Assembly: GCF_023055435.1 (NCBI RefSeq)
Contig: NW_025963891.1
Span: 21,948,001 to 22,012,000, forward strand
Length of the DNA: 64,000 nucleotides
Origin: Haliotis rufescens
Taxonomy: Eukaryota
Direction: 5' to 3'
The notes beneath the pieces were generated by a model. It did not search any database, was not told the DNA's origin, and saw only the letters and a list, made by a program, of their open reading frames with translations. Position numbers and translations under genes: made by a program. Shown in pieces: positions 60,709 through 64,000 of this stretch; position 1 is the stretch's first letter, and each line of letters opens with the position of its first letter.

Positions 60709-60919
60709 TGGTTGGTTTGTTGTTTAACGCCGCACTCAGCAATATTCCAGCTATATGACAGCAGTCTGTAAATAATCGAGTCTGGACCAGTCAATCCAGT
60801 GATTAATATCATGAGCATCGATACACGCAATTGGGTGCATCGATGACATGCATCAACCAAGTCAGCGAGCCTGACCACTCGATCCTGTAAGTCGCCTCTT
60901 AGGACAAGCATAGTCGCCT
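60709..60919 (-). mobile_element. SINE-like family B, young, 5'-truncated
   Basis: 12-bp TSD TCAAGGGCAAGT at 60697 and 60920. Confidence 0.92.
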
Positions 60920-63191
60920 TCAAGGGCAAGTAATAATTTATTGATGTAGTCCTCCTTGACAAGGAACATTTGAGGGCAATAACTCTAAACCAGTTCTCAA
61001 AGTTTCAATTTTGCAACAAATTGGATCTGAATAAAAGTAAAAGAATACAAAGTAAATATTTGTGTCTCTTCATGCAGGACTAGCTACAAACTCTGAGGAC
61101 TAGTGATAAAAGGCTTCTATTAGTCCTCTTGACTAGTCTTTAAAGGCTGAAAATGGTGACTTGCTTGTTTCACATGTCACTTCCAGGCTATTTCGCCTGA
61201 ATGGTAACAGGTGCATGTGATTGTGCTTCAATCCACTGTCTCCCACAACCCAGCAGATGATAGCCAGACAGCTTGCATCATCTCAATCTATTCACACCGG
61301 CCATCTGCAAGCTGTCAACACAGCATCAGCCAAGCAGATCCACCTCTCACAGTATCCCGCTTCCATTATGCCAGTGTCACCTGTGATGCTGTCAAAAGTA
61401 TTCATCTAATAATTTGAATCCTTCATTTCAAAAGCTGTGCATCTGAATATTATGGTTCATTGGAGTTCTATGATCAAATATAAACAATTGGTTCTCTGGT
61501 CACCCGTTTTCACAAATATTGAGCTGTCAAGTGGTCTTGTATTGGTGTTATTTTAATAATTCTGTTTAAAAATCTTTCATGGGGAATGTTTCAATACTTC
61601 TATCCTCACCAGTATTTACAGTAGAAAAGACACAATATGAACCTTATTCATACTTACCATATTTTAATTTCTACATTGCAATCCAATCATTTTTTACTAA
61701 TTTCACACACAAGTAATGAATGTTTAAGATAACGCTCTTATCAAACATTCCTTAAATTCTTCCAAAATCCATACTGTTCAATAAACTTAAAATCTCTGAC
61801 ACTTGTGTCGATAGGGACGCTCATACCTTCACCTAAATACCACACAATCGACAAGTGTTTGCATAACCAGCAATAAACATTAATAAACAAGGACAAAAAC
61901 CCAGTTGATTATGTCACCCACCAAGCATCCCAACAATGTGGCAACATTACCTTCTTATTAAAAGTTGATCATTGGCAGAGTTCAATATTTTCTACCGACA
62001 GATGACAAGCTTGACTTTAGCGTCAACAAAGAACATTCCAAGGTTGTTACCTATCATGGATGAATTCCTGTGTATACTTTCCTGTGGACATTGATTAAAT
62101 ATTAGGATTGCAACAATCTGGAATGTGTCGAGGTTTCAAACTTAACAGAGGATAATTGAGACTCGACTGGTTTTGAGTATCAAACCTTTGATTTTACTAC
62201 AGTAAGGGAGTGAATATTTTTTAACGCAAAATCAGCAATTTTGCATCTATTCATAACAAGCAACTTGCTACAGAAAATGAATATTTATATCAAATAGATA
62301 AATATACTTAATGTGTTCACTTTGATGGTTACTCTTATTTATTTAATATAGTAAATTTCATAATTACTTTTTCACATTTGATAAAAATACTTTTATGTTA
62401 CCAACTATTTCTTAACTAGCCATTCAAACATATTAGTCTTGAGAGTGTCTTGTAATGAATGACATTCTTAATGAAAATGCTTGCCACCATTAACGTCTCT
62501 AACAAGGCTTCAACTCTGCTTTCAGAAAAAAGACACTAATAATCACCCTGGGCTTCCGAATGCAAAACTGAGTGGCGAACCAATCTAATAAAATGAACAT
62601 TGACTGAAGACAATCCTTTGAGAAGCAAAAAAAAGCCAATCAACTTAGCTTATCCATTGCCTAAACCCCGAGAAAAGTCGCCTTTCAAACTTGCAAATAA
62701 TTTTGGTAATTGATTCGATCTGAAAAGAATATTGCTTAGTCAAGCCAATTTAACAAAGGCATTGTATTTTGTTGTAAATGACATATTTCATCATAACTTC
62801 GCTGTTCGCATGTCAAGTTATGATAGCTCTGATCCTTACTTTGATACATACATAACAAAACATAATCATAATAATCATAGATTGACATCTCTTTGAAATA
62901 CAAAGTCTTTGAAATCCAAAACCATATAATCATTAGCAACTAATACCTAAGCTGAATGTATTTTGGGGGTATTAAATAATTTCTGATATTTTTTTTAAAC
63001 CAAGCACATTTTTATTTAACACATTACCAAATGCTATAGAGCCAAACTTGAACACAATTTAACACTTGACGTCACATCGCTGCTACAATGAACCCGGAGG
63101 ATCAAGCTGATTTCCGATTCCCTTCCATCTGACTGCCTTCCCTCATGGCGGCAGACAGTGCGCCAGCACGCTGGGAGCATTTCACACGTAC

Positions 63192-63279
63192 CTCCCACCA
63201 CCAAGTCCCAGCCACGGAAGCACCACATTCCCTCACACACATTACTCAATAAATTTGGAATTATGGTGCTTTGAGACAT
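63192..63279 (-). CDS. Candidate alternative 5' coding exon of Caskin (MSQSTIIPNLLSNVCEGMWCFRGWDLVVG)
   Basis: tcctttatgcctgtacag|ATG...GGAG|gtacgt; the phase-1 donor joins in frame (G+AG=Glu) to the 52-nt exon. Confidence 0.35.
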
Positions 63280-64000
63280 CTGTACAGGCATAAAGGAATA
63301 TGATAAACAGATGCTCATGCATCTTTCTTGGAATCATGTGAAAATCAATACCAAATGTTCACAAAAGCATTTAAACCACATTACAAGGTGTTGATATCCA
63401 AATGATGATCAATATTAATTCTAATCCCGAATTATACCCCACATGTTACAACGCACTGAGAGACACTTCTATAAATTTCTTCACCACAAATGAAATACAA
63501 AATTATCAAATTTAATTTTTGCGCAAATTGCAATACGAGTTCTCCTCCCCTGTAATTATTGCAAGACTCCTTTATCATGCAGGAGTGGCACAGGAGTGGA
63601 GAAGGAGTGCTGCTGAGTAGATGCAGGTAACAGATCATGTATCTCGGCAAAAGCCTCAAAATTGGTTTCCACCTACACCAGTGCCTGCTTCATGGCTGAC
63701 TACAGACTACAGGCTACAGCCATAGCATTTCATCATTAAAGGGATACTGACAGTAATAAATGATTGTACTTATTAATATCCCGTTATTTTCGTAACATCT
63801 GGACTACATAACCAATGATCACTCCTCTCACAAAGCATCATCTACCAGTAAGTTGGATCACTTGAGGGAGTTTGGTTTAATGCCACTTCGAACACTATTC
63901 CAGTTATATCATGGAATGATTTGAAAGAAAAGCTCGGGGTGATGCACGTGTTAGGCATTTGCCACTTTGATGAAACCGACGAGCATGGGTATGGTGCTGA

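Noticed and set aside
1-64000. Remaining 60-130 aa ORFs in the track
   Set aside because: Many use non-ATG starts, overlap SINEs or AT-rich intron, and show no recognisable motifs.
54558-64000. Canonical Caskin first exon (MGKxQEL..), and in 1-7266 the next ankyrin/SH3 exons
   Set aside because: Not found by eye or in the ORF track; presumed outside the window.

Overview
AT-rich, repeat-dense animal genomic DNA. The SINE content points to a mollusc, probably a gastropod such as abalone (inference). The whole window lies inside one minus-strand gene, a Caskin (CASKIN1/2, Drosophila ckn) orthologue. Six internal ankyrin-repeat exons (54506-54557, 23486-23583, 20894-21039, 17847-17942, 11883-12013, 7267-7375; 52/98/146/96/131/109 nt) have GT-AG boundaries and splice into one stop-free frame. 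I did not find the canonical first exon or the SH3/SAM exons in the window. The introns hold four SINE-like families with a related 3' tail (many with target-site duplications), several DNA-transposon MITEs and three minisatellites (25, 44 and 45 bp). Best leads: (1) a tRNA-less SINE family whose 5' head forms an H-type pseudoknot plus hairpin with compensatory changes between subfamilies, a candidate unclassified ribozyme or 5'-processing RNA; one copy of this head was amplified into a 45-bp minisatellite; (2) a frame-preserving 30-nt Caskin microexon candidate with strong splice sites; (3) two phase-matched candidate alternative first coding exons, one predicting a Caskin isoform lacking most ankyrin repeats; (4) a TAG..CTA MITE family with 9-bp TSDs. 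No prokaryotic features, CRISPR arrays or true tRNA/rRNA genes are supported. SINE family letters A-D are my working labels.
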